From Schizochytrium sp. TIO01 (Eukaryota > Protista > Bigyra: Labyrinthulomycetes), in the NCBI GenBank assembly GCA_004764695.1, contig SMSO01000014.1:3157648-3221647 (forward strand): 64,000 nt of DNA. The letters run 5' to 3'. The position numbers and the translations under genes were made by a program. Positions 61,094 through 64,000 of this stretch are shown one piece after another (within the stretch, counting starts at the first letter, position 1; the number at the start of each line of letters is the position of its first letter). The notes beneath the pieces were generated by a model. That model did no database searches, was not told the origin of the DNA, and saw only the letters and a program-made list of their open reading frames with translations.

Positions 61094-63631
61094 TTACTTC
61101 AGTTGTTCAGGCTTTCCATGAGATTCCATATCAGACACATCTTGTAACACCGAGAGCAAATAACCCGAACTCCAAGGGGTGTTCGGCGGCTCGTGAGAGT
61201 AGCGTGCAGGGGGTTTCCCACTAGCAATGTACTCGTCTTCAATCTCTTGAAAACGATCGAAAGCAGCCTTTGACGGCTGGCCGTCTCTCAGAACCATCTT
61301 GATCCAAACCCTCCACCTAGGAAAGTGAATACCTTGTGCTGAGTCGCCTGTCAGTCGTGAGGCATAGGAATCTAGAGCCATTGTATGTTCTGACCAGCGA
61401 GTATAAAGCTCTCGTAAATCACGAAGCTCTCCCGGTCCTGCTACACTTGGGTCTACACTATCAGCACTGTTTTGCCACATCCAGTGCGAATTTAATAATA
61501 CCTGCATGTGATCAAGAATCTGGTCTAAATTCTCAGCAAGAACTAGCATATCATCGTGATCCGATTCATGATAAAAGCCACGACGAAAAATTCGCTCAAT
61601 TCTTGAGGTTGTCACCAGCGCTTTATCACACAGTACCTGACGCCCAAAGTCAATTAAATCATAGTGCAAAACTCCTCGCGCAGCGCTTCCAGGAAGCGAA
61701 TGCAGAGCACCTCGAGCCAGCATAGTTGCGCATCTCTGAAACTTGGCTGGTGCATAGCCAATATCAGTAGGTTGGAACATGCGATGACGCACATGCATTC
61801 GTGGAGGTAAACTTAAGATGCACTTGGTGTTTCCCCAGCCTACAAGGTCTTTCGGACGACTGTAGACTGTCATGAAAGCACAGGTCCAAGCCTCCATAAG
61901 CGATTCTTGGCCCTGGGTAGATTCCGTGCCCAAGCGATAACGAGCCCGTGCCCAGGAGCGTACCCAAGTTTCTACTGACACGGCTTCGTTATGTTCCCAT
62001 GCTAGATCAAGTACATGATGGTAAACAATTTCATTTTGCTCAATTCCTTCCATGGCAAGGCCAAGACCTTGTACTTTGCCTTCTTGAATAGCGAGGTTGA
62101 TGGATTCCTTTACGTGGCGCATTTCCCCGGCAAGGCCACGATTTCCACCAAAATTATGGAGGTAGGTCCACACCAGCCTTGCGTCTTCGAGCACAGGAGC
62201 AAGGCGTTTCCATTGAGGACGTTTCTCGCCATGAAGGTCAAGATATAAAACTCGATCACGAGGGACTGCATCAAGAAACTCCTTAGCTTTCTCTAGAGGC
62301 CAGTCCGCACCGCCATGCGCAAGGAACCACATTTGAACAACAAATATAGCTGTCGGGTCGAGGCGGTGTACAGGATCAAAAACAGCATGGAAGGCTGTTC
62401 CAACAGCCATTCCCGGCTCCATTTCATTATATAAATCGCAAGAATAGTATCGCGTTGGGATGCGGGCAAGCTCCGCCTCGAACTCCCGAAGTTGAACATC
62501 AAGAAAACGAGCGGAGAGTTCTGACGCAAGCGGGTCTTCTGGATGCAGTCGAGCTAAGTTAGTGTATCGTGGGTGGTGAAAGCCTGACCACGAAGAACCC
62601 TGTTCAGTTACTGCAAGTTCTGCAACCTGCTGAGGAACATAAAGATTGAAAGCAGGTAGGATTGGAGAGATCCCTAGATCGCCCATTCGCCAAAGAATTT
62701 TGTGTTGCAGTTTCAAATGAGCCTGCATAAGCTCGCTCATCATTGGTGTTCCAACTCGTTGAATATTACCCATACGTTGCCAAGATAAGTACATAGATCC
62801 CGTAAAGAATGCCTCTCGATCAAAAGTCCCAGGGGAGAGCAACTTGGTATAAACACGGTCCCAAAGTGCTTCTTGTCCGGAATGAGCGAGGGCCAAATTA
62901 ACTCCATGCAAAGCCATCCAGTCAAGCTCATCTTCCCAGCGTGCCCAGCCCCAAGTGGCCATGCTATAACTCCAAGTGACCTGGTTGAGATAATAACGAT
63001 GATTTACACGAGCTTTAAAACGACCTTTTCTCAACTTTACATTGTGCAAGCATGAGAACCCTTGCGGAAACGTCTCCTTGCGAGATGCCCAAGACAAGAG
63101 ATCGATGCCACAATCATTACGATACAGGTCCCCGAGGCCATACGATAGCGCACTCAAGCTACTTCCACGGATGTGAATATGGTTTGACTTTCTGGCAAAC
63201 TCATACCAGTCCAATTTGTCTTGTTGATGGCTTTTGTATGCATCAAGGAGTTCAAATTGTACCTTACCAATGTCCAACTCGGGTAGCCTACGTTGAGCAA
63301 GATCATACAGTCCTTGAACATCATTAATATGTTGTCCACTTTGCACCCCCCTATAATGAGAAATTAAACTCTCAAAAGATGGTACCCAGCGATCTGATTG
63401 TACCCACAACTTTGACGACTTTGTAATTGGTAAGTCTGCAGAATCGGTTGCCATCCGAAATAGAGATCTTGCACAAAGCAAGATTGATGCTAGCAAAAGA
63501 ATTAAATATAAGCCTTTTCTTGCAGACCATTCACAATGTTTACGCCGGGCACACTCCCGAAGGATTTGTTTCACATTTCGATCAACGGTGACAACAGCTC
63601 TTCGATACGAAAGCAGTAGCTTCTTTTTCAT
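61094..63631 (-). CDS. NAGLU: alpha-N-acetylglucosaminidase (glycoside hydrolase family 89), 845 aa, with N-terminal membrane anchor
   Basis: RYYLNQVTWSYSMATWGWARWEDELDWMALHGVNL, FFTGSMYLSWQRMGNI, DLYNEMEP, LHNFGGN, GLAMEGIEQNEIVY; both catalytic Glu motifs present. Confidence 0.93.
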   Translation of the reverse strand: MKKKLLLSYRRAVVTVDRNVKQILRECARRKHCEWSARKGLYLILLLASILLCARSLFRMATDSADLPITKSSKLWVQSDRWVPSFESLISHYRGVQSGQHINDVQGLYDLAQRRLPELDIGKVQFELLDAYKSHQQDKLDWYEFARKSNHIHIRGSSLSALSYGLGDLYRNDCGIDLLSWASRKETFPQGFSCLHNVKLRKGRFKARVNHRYYLNQVTWSYSMATWGWARWEDELDWMALHGVNLALAHSGQEALWDRVYTKLLSPGTFDREAFFTGSMYLSWQRMGNIQRVGTPMMSELMQAHLKLQHKILWRMGDLGISPILPAFNLYVPQQVAELAVTEQGSSWSGFHHPRYTNLARLHPEDPLASELSARFLDVQLREFEAELARIPTRYYSCDLYNEMEPGMAVGTAFHAVFDPVHRLDPTAIFVVQMWFLAHGGADWPLEKAKEFLDAVPRDRVLYLDLHGEKRPQWKRLAPVLEDARLVWTYLHNFGGNRGLAGEMRHVKESINLAIQEGKVQGLGLAMEGIEQNEIVYHHVLDLAWEHNEAVSVETWVRSWARARYRLGTESTQGQESLMEAWTCAFMTVYSRPKDLVGWGNTKCILSLPPRMHVRHRMFQPTDIGYAPAKFQRCATMLARGALHSLPGSAARGVLHYDLIDFGRQVLCDKALVTTSRIERIFRRGFYHESDHDDMLVLAENLDQILDHMQVLLNSHWMWQNSADSVDPSVAGPGELRDLRELYTRWSEHTMALDSYASRLTGDSAQGIHFPRWRVWIKMVLRDGQPSKAAFDRFQEIEDEYIASGKPPARYSHEPPNTPWSSGYLLSVLQDVSDMESHGKPEQLK

Positions 63632-63644
63632 ATTCAGATGTTTT

Positions 63645-64000
63645 GTTCTTAATACCCGCTCTTACTAAATTTAATCCTTTCAAACAAAGTTTCTTTGTGA
63701 TTAATTTAACAAATTGAAGCTCGGAACGTATTATTACACAACGTGCTCCCCTTACCCACTCTTTGATACGCGTGGGTACTCTTCAACTGTTTTTCCACTT
63801 CGAAATCGCAGCGGAATCTTCGCTTGTTTGTCTGGGTGAAGTATTTGTGCACAAACCTGTCCTGCTCTCCACTGAAAGTCTTACTAAAGGCAGCACGACC
63901 CAAGCGCTCCTCAGTCAGAAGAGTGGACTTTGCCAGCGCTCGGGTCAGCCAGACCGTACGCTGCGAGGGTGTTTACAAATCTTGGTTCCAAGCTCTAGCA
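63645..64000 (-). pseudogene. decayed LRR fragment running off the window edge
   Basis: All three minus frames contain stops; pieces LELGTKI, LVRLSVESRTGL, VIIRSELQFV, LKGLNLVRAGIK. Confidence 0.4.

Noticed and set aside
63706-63903. Possible 3' end of a gene entering from the right edge
   Set aside because: Its frame has a stop near 63975 and the other minus frames are also closed; better explained as an LRR relic

Overview
Eukaryotic, intron-poor, microsatellite-rich chromosomal DNA. Gene style and composition suggest a stramenopile protist, probably a thraustochytrid/labyrinthulomycete (inference). Eight protein-coding genes are supported, all readable as single coding exons: two paralogous MFS sugar porters (the second has a 1-nt frameshift near its 3' end), a fungal Sct1/Gpt2-type glycerol-3-phosphate acyltransferase, a RING-CH + TM + DUF179 (YqgE/AlgH) fusion, a coiled-coil protein, a Q/H-rich bHLH-ZIP transcription factor, a probably mitochondrion-targeted dynamin-superfamily GTPase with two C-terminal TM helices (MfnL/DBF1-like architecture), and a GH89 alpha-N-acetylglucosaminidase. 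No tRNA, rRNA, CRISPR array or intact transposon was found. The main unexpected observation is that much of the ~50 kb of apparently non-coding DNA is a mosaic of decayed leucine-rich-repeat (LRR) coding fragments on both strands, although the window holds no intact LRR gene. Many fragments keep the 24-residue LxxLxLxxN/SxLxxLPxxxFxxL register through stops and frameshifts, and short T-run/A-run islands often separate them. These calls were made by eye, and AT-rich DNA translates to an LRR-like alphabet, so the weaker fragments need a frameshift-aware HMM test against a null control. Relic boundaries are approximate.
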